Virus record (IMG/VR): IMGVR_UViG_3300030329_003698 | Span: 13,183 to 77,182 of that record | DNA length: 64,000 nucleotides | Source: a virus | Direction: 5' to 3' (one strand) | Shown: positions 18,786 through 27,811 of the stretch, piece after piece | Numbering within the stretch: position 1 is the first letter of the stretch | How the letters are laid out: each line of letters starts with the position of its first letter | Translations under genes and position numbers: made by a program | The notes under the pieces: model-generated | The model's database searches: none | Told to the model about the DNA's origin: nothing | The model's input: only the letters and a program-made list of their open reading frames with translations

Positions 18786-19262
18786 ATGCAACGCAGAGAG
18801 TTTTTAAAAATTGGCGCGATGGCTGCGGCAACCGTTCCATTTATTAGTGCTGATACTTCAGAGGCCGCCGATGTTCAAATCTTTGTGCGAAACATCGAAC
18901 ATTCCATAGACACTCATAGACTTAATAAATCGGCACATTTATATATTAATCAGTTTTATCATCCAAGCCCAATGATTTGGGTGTGGACTCCTCATGGCTG
19001 GACTGTCCAAGCTCAACCAGTCTATTATAGAAGCAACCTAAGCTTCCAAGGACATCTACAGGGCTATCACCAATTAGTCCAACGAAGAGACAATATCAAA
19101 CAGATTACAATACACGACGCTGACTGTATTTATATACTAGAAGATGGAACTATTAAAGTTTACGACAGAAAAAAGAGGGCGGTTACTTCATCTTCGGTAA
19201 TTCCTAACTACGCCGCCGGTCTTGGGAGGATAGATGCACACTACAGAAGTAGATCTAGGTAG
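18786..19262 (+). CDS. Tat-signal hypothetical protein
   Basis: MQRREFLKIGAMAAATVP twin-arginine leader. Confidence 0.7.
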   Translation: MQRREFLKIGAMAAATVPFISADTSEAADVQIFVRNIEHSIDTHRLNKSAHLYINQFYHPSPMIWVWTPHGWTVQAQPVYYRSNLSFQGHLQGYHQLVQRRDNIKQITIHDADCIYILEDGTIKVYDRKKRAVTSSSVIPNYAAGLGRIDAHYRSRSR

Positions 19263-19605
19263 CTGGGACAAACCAGTAAACCGGATAGTAGACCATTTTG
19301 GATTTCAAGGTGGGAAAAAACAGACTTTACTAAAAGACGTAGCTCTGTTTAAAAACCTTGAGTCCAAATATGGTCGCTTCGGATTCAACGGAATCACAAG
19401 AATCTTAGAGATCAACAAGAGTGATGTAAACTCTCTATCTGTTGCAGCAAAAATTCTAGGATTCCGAGGAGAATATAAAGTGTGCAAACCGGATAATGTG
19501 GGTAGAGTGTCTGACAAAGAGTTTGACATCTGCATCGTAAGAAAACAAAACCACGTCAATTTAGCAAAGACTATTGATGCTACATACCTTTTAAGAGCAT
19601 TCTAA
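19234..19605 (+). CDS. Hypothetical protein
   Basis: GGAG SD, 123-aa ORF. Confidence 0.6.
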   Translation: MHTTEVDLGSWDKPVNRIVDHFGFQGGKKQTLLKDVALFKNLESKYGRFGFNGITRILEINKSDVNSLSVAAKILGFRGEYKVCKPDNVGRVSDKEFDICIVRKQNHVNLAKTIDATYLLRAF

Positions 19606-19606
19606 C

Positions 19607-19714
19607 ATGGGCAAAACAGTACGCAAACAAACCAAAAAAGAAAAACGTCAGCAAAAGCTTAAGAGACAAGCAAGGCAGAAAAGACGTGTTGCAGAACCGG
19701 CCAAATTGGGATGA
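19607..19714 (+). CDS. 35-aa Lys/Arg-rich peptide (not in ORF track)
   Basis: MGKTVRKQTKKEKRQQKLKRQARQKRRVAEPAKLG fills the gap between coupled genes. Confidence 0.45.
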   Translation: MGKTVRKQTKKEKRQQKLKRQARQKRRVAEPAKLG

Positions 19715-20171
19715 GTACTTTTTGGGTATGGCACATTATGTGTCTATCCGAAGTCACGACTCACAGACTAAAGTTGGATGTGTAATAGTAGGCAGCCCTA
19801 ATGTTGTTGTTGGGGTTGGATACAATGGCTTTTGTACAAATGTAAAAGAGGATGGTCTCCCTACCACCAGACCTGAAAAATACCCTTTTATTGTACACGC
19901 AGAAGCTAACGCATTAGCCAACTTAGTTGTCAGGCAGATTGTTGATTACAAGGCATATATAACACACATGCCTTGCGCCAACTGCGCAAAGCTGCTATGG
20001 CAGAGTGGTGTTTATACGTGGTTTGTTCCAAAAGGCTCAAAAGCGCATGGAGAAAAAGAAGAAGACAGGATTGTCTATTCACATCTAATGGAAAACGGAC
20101 TGTCGATATCGTATATGGATTTTAATGATAAGTCTTTTTTTGCAGAATATTTGCCTCACGATAGTGTATAA
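19686..20171 (+). CDS. dCMP deaminase
   Basis: RPNWDEYF, VGC, GYNG, HAEANA, PCANC. Confidence 0.92.
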   Translation: MLQNRPNWDEYFLGMAHYVSIRSHDSQTKVGCVIVGSPNVVVGVGYNGFCTNVKEDGLPTTRPEKYPFIVHAEANALANLVVRQIVDYKAYITHMPCANCAKLLWQSGVYTWFVPKGSKAHGEKEEDRIVYSHLMENGLSISYMDFNDKSFFAEYLPHDSV

Positions 20172-20174
20172 TAT
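20164..20174 (+). promoter_or_regulatory. GTGTATAATAT putative phage promoter
   Basis: Same 11-mer as at 10915; upstream of a structured intergenic region. Confidence 0.55.
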
Positions 20175-20179
20175 GTTAT

Positions 20180-20330
20180 GGTTGGGATATAAATAGCCCA
20201 CTCCTTTTTAAAGGCTGGAGCTAGAGCGGCACTTTCTCAACCTGCCATTGAGCAGTTACGCATTAAATTCATCTTATAGTGTCAACATTGGTATAGCGTG
20301 TGTAACTTTTCTTTAGGTGTCGCTCTTTTA
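20180..20330 (+). ncRNA. Candidate structured ncRNA or leader
   Basis: Nested stems 20223-20233/20316-20326 and 20254-20263/20298-20307; hairpin 20236-20252; short U-run at end. Confidence 0.5.
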
Positions 20331-20337
20331 ACATACA

Positions 20338-20775
20338 ATGGCAACAAGAATATTTCATAATGGCCCTCCTTTGAGGATGAGGAAAACAGTCATGCAAGAG
20401 CCTCCCAAGGGAATAACCACTGACTGCAAAGTTGTACGGGTCGTTGACGGAGATACGGTAGATATAGAGATCACAAGAACCCTCCGTATCAGGCTTCTTG
20501 ATTGCTGGGCGCCAGAAACTCGCTCTTCAGATCCTAATGAAAAAGCTAAAGGTTATGACTCTAAGAAATATTTGCACAACCTTTTAAACGAAAAGTTTTA
20601 CAACGATCTGGCAGCTAGAAAATCTAAACAGGTGACCCTTTTCATACCGGCTGACGAAAAAGGCGAAATAAAAGACAACTTCACCTTTAGTAGAGTCCTC
20701 GGCAGATTGTTTGTCGACGGGCAAGATGTTTCTGAGTTAATGGTTAAGGCCGGAAAGGCTACAGAAAAAAAATGA
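20338..20775 (+). CDS. Thermonuclease (SNase family); likely start 20392
   Basis: VVRVVDGDTV, IRLLDCWAPET, FSRVLG, MVKAGKA. Confidence 0.88.
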   Translation: MATRIFHNGPPLRMRKTVMQEPPKGITTDCKVVRVVDGDTVDIEITRTLRIRLLDCWAPETRSSDPNEKAKGYDSKKYLHNLLNEKFYNDLAARKSKQVTLFIPADEKGEIKDNFTFSRVLGRLFVDGQDVSELMVKAGKATEKK

Positions 20776-20933
20776 ACCTCAAAGGAATAAAAAGCGACAA
20801 ACCATACACAATGCGGCTAGCCGATGGAAGAGAAAAATCTTTCGGAACCGGTTACGATTTATGGAAGTGGTACAATAAGTATCGCTCTCAAGGACAAATA
20901 AAAAATAGGCGCAAAAAGGCAAAGACAAATTAA
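20772..20933 (+). CDS. 53-aa basic hypothetical protein (not in ORF track)
   Basis: ATGA overlap with the nuclease; ends just before the RNR start. Confidence 0.5.
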   Translation: MNLKGIKSDKPYTMRLADGREKSFGTGYDLWKWYNKYRSQGQIKNRRKKAKTN

Positions 20934-20935
20934 TA

Positions 20936-23119
20936 ATGTCTGTAAAAGAATTAGAAGGCTACACTTTTGTTTCTAAATACGCACGATGGATACCAGAAAA
21001 GAAGAGAAGGGAGACTTGGAAAGAATCAGTTGATCGCGTCAAAGGGATGATGCTTGAATCTTATCCAGATGCTAAAGAAGATATTGAGTGGGCTTACGAC
21101 ATGATGCACAAAAAGAGAGTCTTAGGCTCTCAAAGGGCTTTACAATTTGGTGGATCACCCATCCTAAAGCACAACGCCCGTGTTTATAATTGTATCGCGT
21201 CATTCATAGATCGTCCAAGATTCTTTCAAGAGTGCATGTATCTTCTCTTATGTGGTTGTGGAACAGGGTTCTCTGTCCAGAAACACCATGTGGACAAACT
21301 TCCTAAGATTGTTCACAAGAAAGAGGGCAGCAAGAAATTCACCATCCCAGACACAATAGAGGGGTGGTCTGATGCTGTTGGAGTTTTAGTCAGTAGCTAC
21401 CTAGAAAACTCTGGCTTGTTTCCAGAGTATGAAGGAAAGAGTGTAACCTTTGATTACTCCGAGATCAGACCAGCAGGCTCCTTCCTAAGCTCAAGCTCTG
21501 GAAAAGCCCCCGGTCCAGAACCTCTGAAAAAAGCCCTAACTAACATCAAGAAGGTTTTAGACAAGGCGATGAAGGATGGTCTTTTTTCAAATAGAAAGCT
21601 GAGACCTATAGATGTCTACGATGTTGTTATGCATGCTGCTGATGCTGTTATTTCTGGCGGGGTACGTCGAAGTGCTACGATTTGCCTTTTTTCGGCAGAC
21701 GACCAAGAAATGGCATTGGCCAAGACTGGCAATTGGTTTCATGATAATCCTCAACGTGGTCGCTCTAATAATTCTGCTCTCTTGCTCAGGGGTGAAACCA
21801 CTGCTGAACAATTCTCCTCTTTGATGAAGTCTGTCAGAGAGTTTGGAGAGCCGGGGTTTGTGTGGTCGGATTCAACAGAGTTTGTCGTCAACCCGTGTGT
21901 GGAAATTGGGCTATATCCTGTAGACGAAGAGACAGGAGAAACAGGGTGGCAAGCGTGCAATCTAAGCACAATTAACTGTGCAAAAATAAAAAACAAGGAA
22001 GACTTTCTGGAGTCTTGCAAAGCTGCTTCCATTATTGGAACTCTGCAAGCTGGTTTCACTGATCTCCCCTATCTTGGGGAAACCACCGAAAGAATACTAC
22101 GCAGAGAAGCCCTCCTTGGTGTGTCCATGACAGGAATCATGGAGCAACACGAGATATGTTTAAACCCGGATATCCAAAAGGAAGGAGCTAGATTTGTCAA
22201 GTCGGTCAACAAAGAAACAGCTAAAAAGATCGGAATCAGTCAGGCTTCCAGAACGACTTGTGTTAAGCCTGAAGGTACTGCTAGTTGCATCCTCGGCACT
22301 AGTTCTGGGATTCATCCTCATCACGCCAAGCGTTACATCAGGCGGGTCCAAGCCAACAAAATGGAAAACATCTACCAGCACTTTAAAAAAGAAAACCCCC
22401 GTGCCTGTGAAGAGTCGGTATGGTCTGCCAATGATTCTGATGATGTTGTCTCTTTTTGTATAGAAGTTCCAGACGGTTCAAAACTAAAGAACCAAGTTGG
22501 AGCCATAGGTCTTTTGGGGTTTGTAAAAAGCACTCAGCAAAACTGGGTAATGGTTGGCAAAACAGATTCTTTATGCGTTCAGCCATATTTGCAGCACAAT
22601 GTTTCTAATACCATCAACGTCAAGCCTGAAGAGTGGGAACAGGTAGAAAAGTTTATATATAAGAATCGCAAATATTTCTGTGGTGTTTCCCTGCTTCCTC
22701 TTAGCGGCGACAAGGATTACCCACAAGCTCCGTTCACGACAGTGTATCTTCCCAGTGAAATGGTGTCGCACTACGGTGACGGCGCCATGTTTGTTAGTGG
22801 ACTTATAGAAGTTGCACTTAATTTATGGGAAGATAATTTATGGGCGGCTTGTGATTCATTACTAGGGCTTGGTAAAAAAATAAAAGGTAATGGAAAACAA
22901 GAGTGGGCAGACAGATGTCAGCGCTTTGCCAACAAATATATGAAAGGCGATATAAAAAGGCTGACGTACTGTATGAAGGATGTTTATAACTGGAAGGAGT
23001 GGGTGGATATCAAGAGATCTTACAAGTCTGTAGATTACACCCTGTGTATAGAAGAGCAGGACAACACAAAACCCGAGCAGGAATTAGCCTGTGCAGGAGG
23101 TGTCTGTGAAATTATTTAA
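20936..23119 (+). CDS. nrdJ: Class II (B12-dependent) ribonucleoside-triphosphate reductase, monomeric RTPR type
   Basis: GCGTGFSV, GGVRRSA, NPCVEI, TCVKPEGT, C-terminal CAGGVC. Confidence 0.88.
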   Translation: MSVKELEGYTFVSKYARWIPEKKRRETWKESVDRVKGMMLESYPDAKEDIEWAYDMMHKKRVLGSQRALQFGGSPILKHNARVYNCIASFIDRPRFFQECMYLLLCGCGTGFSVQKHHVDKLPKIVHKKEGSKKFTIPDTIEGWSDAVGVLVSSYLENSGLFPEYEGKSVTFDYSEIRPAGSFLSSSSGKAPGPEPLKKALTNIKKVLDKAMKDGLFSNRKLRPIDVYDVVMHAADAVISGGVRRSATICLFSADDQEMALAKTGNWFHDNPQRGRSNNSALLLRGETTAEQFSSLMKSVREFGEPGFVWSDSTEFVVNPCVEIGLYPVDEETGETGWQACNLSTINCAKIKNKEDFLESCKAASIIGTLQAGFTDLPYLGETTERILRREALLGVSMTGIMEQHEICLNPDIQKEGARFVKSVNKETAKKIGISQASRTTCVKPEGTASCILGTSSGIHPHHAKRYIRRVQANKMENIYQHFKKENPRACEESVWSANDSDDVVSFCIEVPDGSKLKNQVGAIGLLGFVKSTQQNWVMVGKTDSLCVQPYLQHNVSNTINVKPEEWEQVEKFIYKNRKYFCGVSLLPLSGDKDYPQAPFTTVYLPSEMVSHYGDGAMFVSGLIEVALNLWEDNLWAACDSLLGLGKKIKGNGKQEWADRCQRFANKYMKGDIKRLTYCMKDVYNWKEWVDIKRSYKSVDYTLCIEEQDNTKPEQELACAGGVCEII

Positions 23120-23135
23120 CTGGACAGGAGAAAAC

Positions 23136-23576
23136 ATGGGAGGAAATCCAGAGGTGGGTTCAATTGAAGTTCAAAAACTTAGGCCAACGGCAAAGCTTCC
23201 TTCAAAGGCCCATAACACAGACGCTGGCTTTGATCTGTACGCAGACAGAGCCTACGACATTGAGGTGGGTCGTACAATACTCATCTCCACCGGCATCTCA
23301 ATGGCAATCCCAAGAGGCTATGCAGGAATGATCTGGGACAGGTCTTCCATGGGAGTAAAGGGGTTGCACAGATTTGCTGGGGTTATTGACTCGGATTACA
23401 GAGGCGAAATTAAAGTGTGTATACACAATGCCTCTGGAGACCATTATAAAATAGCCGAAGGCGATAAAGTGGCGCAGCTTGTTATACAATCCGTGCCATC
23501 ATTTTTCTTGAGACAAGTGGATACATTGGAGGAAACAGAACGTGGTAACAAAGGGTTTGGTAGTTCTGGCAAATAG
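23136..23576 (+). CDS. dut: Trimeric dUTPase
   Basis: AGFDL, RSS, GVIDSDYRGE, RGNKGFGSSG; AGGAG SD before ATG 23136. Confidence 0.95.
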   Translation: MGGNPEVGSIEVQKLRPTAKLPSKAHNTDAGFDLYADRAYDIEVGRTILISTGISMAIPRGYAGMIWDRSSMGVKGLHRFAGVIDSDYRGEIKVCIHNASGDHYKIAEGDKVAQLVIQSVPSFFLRQVDTLEETERGNKGFGSSGK

Positions 23577-23587
23577 AAAAAACACCT

Positions 23588-24226
23588 ATGAAAAGAGGTC
23601 CAAAGAGATCACTAAAACCAAAAACCCCAAATCAGGCTGAATATATTAGAGCGATATCGGAAAATGATATTACATTTTGCGAAGGTCCAGCGGGGTCTGG
23701 TAAAACTAGCGTAGCTGTAGGATTGGCTTGCCAATATCTAAAAGAGGGAAGGGTTCAAAAGATTATAATAACTAGACCGGTTGTTGAGTCTGGAAGAACA
23801 GGGTTGGGATTTTTACCGGGAAGCTTTAAAGAAAAGATACACCCATATCTTGTTCCTGTACTAGAAGAAATGAAACTATATCTGACAGAAGCGCAGGTAA
23901 AAAAGTTTCTTGATGATAATACTATAGAAATCGTTCCATTAGAATATATGAGAGGTAGAAACTTTCATAATTGTTTTATGATTTTGGATGAAGCTCAGAA
24001 CACAACGCATGAGCAAATCAAAATGTTCATAACTCGTATAGGTAGAAAGTCTAAAGCGGTTGTGAACGGGGATATAGAACAGAGCGACCTACCTCCCAAT
24101 GCTAGAGGGGCTTTGGAAAATTGCTTAGACAAGTTAGAAGACACTAATTTGGTTGGAATAGTAGAATTGACAGAAGATGATATTGTTAGAAATAGAATTA
24201 TATCTGCAATATTATCCAGATTATAA
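23588..24226 (+). CDS. phoH: PhoH-like ATPase
   Basis: GPAGSGKT, TRPVVE, LGFLPG, YMRGR, LDEAQN, GDIEQSD. Confidence 0.95.
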   Translation: MKRGPKRSLKPKTPNQAEYIRAISENDITFCEGPAGSGKTSVAVGLACQYLKEGRVQKIIITRPVVESGRTGLGFLPGSFKEKIHPYLVPVLEEMKLYLTEAQVKKFLDDNTIEIVPLEYMRGRNFHNCFMILDEAQNTTHEQIKMFITRIGRKSKAVVNGDIEQSDLPPNARGALENCLDKLEDTNLVGIVELTEDDIVRNRIISAILSRL

Positions 24227-24300
<74 letters not shown>

Positions 24301-24346
24301 CGTGCATCTACGTCCTCTGGACGGTATGATATAGAGGAGAAGAAAG

Positions 24347-24754
24347 ATGGAAGATCCGTTAAAGAGATTAATAGTAGACTGCGACGGAGTTATAGCTGAT
24401 AAAAACCACGGTGGCGATTATTCTAAAGCTGGCCCCCTACAACACGGTATAGACCAAGTTAATAAGCTCTATGACATGGGCTATACTATTGTTCTGTATA
24501 CTGCGAGATACGGAGATAGGGAAAAAGGTAATATACATCGTCAGTACGAGCGTGGCTATAGAGAGTGGACCGATTGGCTAGAAACACACGGGGTGAAATA
24601 CCACCATGCTTATATGGGAAAGCCCGCTGGTGTAATTTATATAGATGACAAGGCCGCCAGAGTTCGTGGAGACGACCAGTCTGGATGGTCTGAAGTATGG
24701 AAAGAAGTGTCTGACTTAGAAGGAAAAGATAGATACGGAAATCCGACCCAATGA
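24347..24754 (+). CDS. HAD-family (capsule-biosynthesis-type) phosphatase
   Basis: DCDGVI, YTAR, GKP, IDDKA. Confidence 0.85.
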   Translation: MEDPLKRLIVDCDGVIADKNHGGDYSKAGPLQHGIDQVNKLYDMGYTIVLYTARYGDREKGNIHRQYERGYREWTDWLETHGVKYHHAYMGKPAGVIYIDDKAARVRGDDQSGWSEVWKEVSDLEGKDRYGNPTQ

Positions 24755-25083
24755 GTTTTGCCAAACTGTTTCATAAATATGCTTACCCCTTTGCTTTTGC
24801 ACAGCTATGGATTTTTATTGGCGTGGCTTCTGCTGCTGATCTTTATATCTCTATCAAAACACGGGAATATCTATACGAAATGGAGATGAATCCCATTGGC
24901 AGATTCTTAATAGAGGCCGATGATGGAGATGTAGCCCTGTTTATGGGAATCAAGTGTGCTGGAACAGTTATAGCTTTAGGTATACTGATTTTGCTATACC
25001 ACTTTAAAAGAAGATGGGCTTGGTATTCTGTTTATTCTCTGACATTTATGCAGCTTGGTGTTTTAGCCATGTTGGGAAGCTAG
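24751..25083 (+). CDS. Multi-TM membrane protein (DUF5658-like)
   Basis: Three hydrophobic helices; D..., EMNP and K motifs. Confidence 0.6.
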   Translation: MSFAKLFHKYAYPFAFAQLWIFIGVASAADLYISIKTREYLYEMEMNPIGRFLIEADDGDVALFMGIKCAGTVIALGILILLYHFKRRWAWYSVYSLTFMQLGVLAMLGS

Positions 25084-25085
25084 CC

Positions 25086-25358
25086 ATGTTTAGTTTTTGG
25101 AAAACCCAAAAGAAACTAAAAAACAAAAAGTATATACAGCAGACTCTAGCTGGAAAACCTTTTAGAATTTTTGGCATAGAACAACTACAGCAAATTAAAG
25201 ATATTGCACAGACTAGCAACATGATAGGTGGCAACGTAGTATTCACATTGTCAGACAACTTGGAAAATGTTAGAAATGTTTGTGAGCAGATCTGCGAAAA
25301 CAAAGACAACAACAAGGCGTTACAAGAGATTATATCCGACTTAGAAAAGATGTTGTAA
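25086..25358 (+). CDS. Hypothetical protein
   Basis: Coupled ORF. Confidence 0.55.
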   Translation: MFSFWKTQKKLKNKKYIQQTLAGKPFRIFGIEQLQQIKDIAQTSNMIGGNVVFTLSDNLENVRNVCEQICENKDNNKALQEIISDLEKML

Positions 25359-25732
25359 TGCCTACATACCAGTACCAATGTGACAACTGCGACCACTATT
25401 TTGAAATAGTCCAGTCGATGAAGGATAAAAAAAAGAAGACGTGTCCAGAATGCAAAAAGCCAAAGCTCAAAAGGCTTCTAGGCCAGCCGATGATTTTTGT
25501 AAAAGGCGAGCCAAGCACGATTGGGCATTGGGCTGAGAGAAACACAGAAAAGATGGGCAGGTACGAGCTAGGGGATAGAACAGGACAGCAAAAAGAGGCA
25601 AACGAAAAAGCCAAAAAACAACCTTCTGAAAAACAGCCTTGGTATAAAAAACATCAGACGGCTTCCAATTCAGAAGTTTCAAAGATGAGCGAGTCGCAGA
25701 AGCAGCGGTATATTAAAGATGGGAAGAAATAA
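25358..25732 (+). CDS. FmdB-family zinc-ribbon protein
   Basis: MPTYQYQCDNC...CPEC. Confidence 0.85.
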   Translation: MPTYQYQCDNCDHYFEIVQSMKDKKKKTCPECKKPKLKRLLGQPMIFVKGEPSTIGHWAERNTEKMGRYELGDRTGQQKEANEKAKKQPSEKQPWYKKHQTASNSEVSKMSESQKQRYIKDGKK

Positions 25733-25956
25733 TGGCAAAAGGTGAAGCTCCTCATAAAGCTCTAGTAAGAATGACCATTAGTGTACACGAGGTCTTGAAA
25801 AACGGAGAGTGTTCTGGTACAGTGATGCCTCTAGAAGAATTGCAGAAGTATGGATTCAATAGTGATACAATCTCGGTAATGGTTAATGGTAGAGACAAAT
25901 ATGATTGTCTCAAGAGACTAATGAACAAGATAAGAGAGTTTCACGACGGAGATTAG
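25732..25956 (+). CDS. Hypothetical protein
   Basis: Coupled ORF. Confidence 0.55.
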   Translation: MAKGEAPHKALVRMTISVHEVLKNGECSGTVMPLEELQKYGFNSDTISVMVNGRDKYDCLKRLMNKIREFHDGD

Positions 25957-25958
25957 TT

Positions 25959-26261
25959 ATGGACTTTTTTGAAAAAGAGAAGCCCCGTAAAGAGAACGCA
26001 GAACCGCCGCCAGAACTTGTTGAAACTTTGTTTGACTGTATTAATTGCGGAAGACTCCTTCTCAAAACACTAAAAGCAAAATCAGTAGATTCCACCACTA
26101 AAGTCAGAGCATACTGTAGTGAGTGTCAGGAGTTCAGTTTTGCCAAAGATGTTTCTGGAGCTTTTTTTGTTGCTCCAGCAGAGGGTATTAAAATAATAAA
26201 CGCAGAAACATCCAAAGACAATAAAATACACACAATATATACGGAGGCTCATGATGTCTAG
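25959..26261 (+). CDS. Zn-ribbon hypothetical protein
   Basis: CINC...CSEC; GGAG SD. Confidence 0.6.
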   Translation: MDFFEKEKPRKENAEPPPELVETLFDCINCGRLLLKTLKAKSVDSTTKVRAYCSECQEFSFAKDVSGAFFVAPAEGIKIINAETSKDNKIHTIYTEAHDV

Positions 26262-26610
26262 ACATGAGAATGAGCAAATAGATTTTAAAGCTCCTGATGC
26301 GTGGGACTCTTTGGCTTCTGGCTTTACCAAAGAGGGGGAAGACTGCGACGTAGATAATCTAAAATGCTATGCAAAAAAGGTGTACAAGTGGAGGGGCGAC
26401 GAAAGCTCAACAATCTATTATTTAAAGTTTGCCAGAGGGCGGATTTTCGACCCTTGGGGAACATTCGCTGGTAGAGAACGGTCTGCTGATCTGGAATGGA
26501 AGAAAGTTTCTTCTGGGGTCTTTGAACAATACCACAAGTATCTGTGTAATAGAAATAGCAGACATCTAACACAGGCTGAAAGGATAATCATAGATGCCAA
26601 CCAAAAATAA
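26251..26610 (+). CDS. Hypothetical protein
   Basis: GGAGG SD; coupled. Confidence 0.65.
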   Translation: MMSRHENEQIDFKAPDAWDSLASGFTKEGEDCDVDNLKCYAKKVYKWRGDESSTIYYLKFARGRIFDPWGTFAGRERSADLEWKKVSSGVFEQYHKYLCNRNSRHLTQAERIIIDANQK

Positions 26611-26929
26611 AGGACCGTTGACAAAAGTAGAAAAGTTCTACATAGAAAACAACAAGGATTTCCCAGCAAAGAAAATTGCTGAAGATCTAGGTAGATCCAC
26701 CAAAGCGGTATCAAAACACCTTGACTCTGTTGAGAAAGAGAGAGTTGGCAGTGTTGCAAAAAGCAAAGATGAAACTCCTGACACAAACTCGGCGGGAGAA
26801 TTGATGAGTAGAAATGAAAAATATGGTGTAACTGTGATGAACGAGTCAGCGTCAATGGCTGGCGAGTCATCGAAAGGTCCAAAGAATAATTTTAATCCAA
26901 ACATCATGTATAAGATAAAGGACGATTAA
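26594..26929 (+). CDS. HTH-containing protein
   Basis: PAKKIAEDLGRSTKAVSKHL helix-turn-helix. Confidence 0.65.
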   Translation: MPTKNKGPLTKVEKFYIENNKDFPAKKIAEDLGRSTKAVSKHLDSVEKERVGSVAKSKDETPDTNSAGELMSRNEKYGVTVMNESASMAGESSKGPKNNFNPNIMYKIKDD

Positions 26930-27405
26930 TGGCTTACGTTTGTACTGCGCCTGATCTACACACGGCCCAACTGGTAGAGGCAGGCACAATATGGATGGCA
27001 GAACTGTCAAACGGAGAAACTGTATATCAGGACGATGGCAGAAAAGATGTTGAACCAGAAAGTGCTTGGATTAGACTTGGGATGTACTGCAAGGATAACA
27101 ACGTCCATATAACTTGCTTTACAATCCAAAACGGAACAAACACCGTTCAAATCAAAGAAGACGCCGATGGTTACTTCTTTTGCAAAGGGGCTGGAGGCTT
27201 CCTGTTTACATCAGACGGCGAGACATATCAGTCGTATATAATCGGAACTTTGAACGATGGTCTTTTGCGGGTTCACACATACAATGTACCAGAATTAACT
27301 CTACATCTTTCTGAGAATAGAGATCCGGCAGAAGCCGGGGAGTGTTTGATAACAAAACAAGGTGTATTAAGTGGCGAAAAACAGAAGCGAGAAGAGCAGG
27401 TATAA
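26929..27405 (+). CDS. Hypothetical protein
   Basis: Coupled ORF. Confidence 0.65.
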   Translation: MAYVCTAPDLHTAQLVEAGTIWMAELSNGETVYQDDGRKDVEPESAWIRLGMYCKDNNVHITCFTIQNGTNTVQIKEDADGYFFCKGAGGFLFTSDGETYQSYIIGTLNDGLLRVHTYNVPELTLHLSENRDPAEAGECLITKQGVLSGEKQKREEQV

Positions 27406-27811
27406 ATCACCTTCAACCGGAGAATATTGCACAGCGGCACAGTACATAGCGGAATTGATGTGTCAGAGAATGGCCGAAAAGGAAAACAAAGGATCTCTGG
27501 CTTACAAGTTCTGGAATACAGACAAGTGGAAAAACGCTTACAAACACCAGTTGGTGCTTGCTAATAGGCTGGTGAAAAAACACGATGAGAGGGCTATTAT
27601 AAAAGCCTTACAAAGTAATCGTGGTCGCAATATATTCTCACTTAGATTCCCCAAGCTTGAACAAATGATCAATCAAGCTGAGAAGGAGATAAAAAAGCTG
27701 GATGAAAAGGCCGACGTAATAAAACACGAAGAAAACAGAACACATGTAAAAAGAAAGCGGTTCGGGAAAGAGAGCGAACTGTCAAAGCTAAGGAAGCTAG
27801 ACGATGAATGA
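27371..27811 (+). CDS. Hypothetical basic protein
   Basis: ORF overlapping the recA start. Confidence 0.65.
   Translation: MAKNRSEKSRYKSPSTGEYCTAAQYIAELMCQRMAEKENKGSLAYKFWNTDKWKNAYKHQLVLANRLVKKHDERAIIKALQSNRGRNIFSLRFPKLEQMINQAEKEIKKLDEKADVIKHEENRTHVKRKRFGKESELSKLRKLDDE

Noticed and set aside
20180-20260. Cobalamin riboswitch (ACCTGCC upstream of class II RNR)
   Set aside because: The conserved upstream elements (GGGAA, CCC..ACTGT, B12 box) are not recognisable; retained only as a generic structured RNA.
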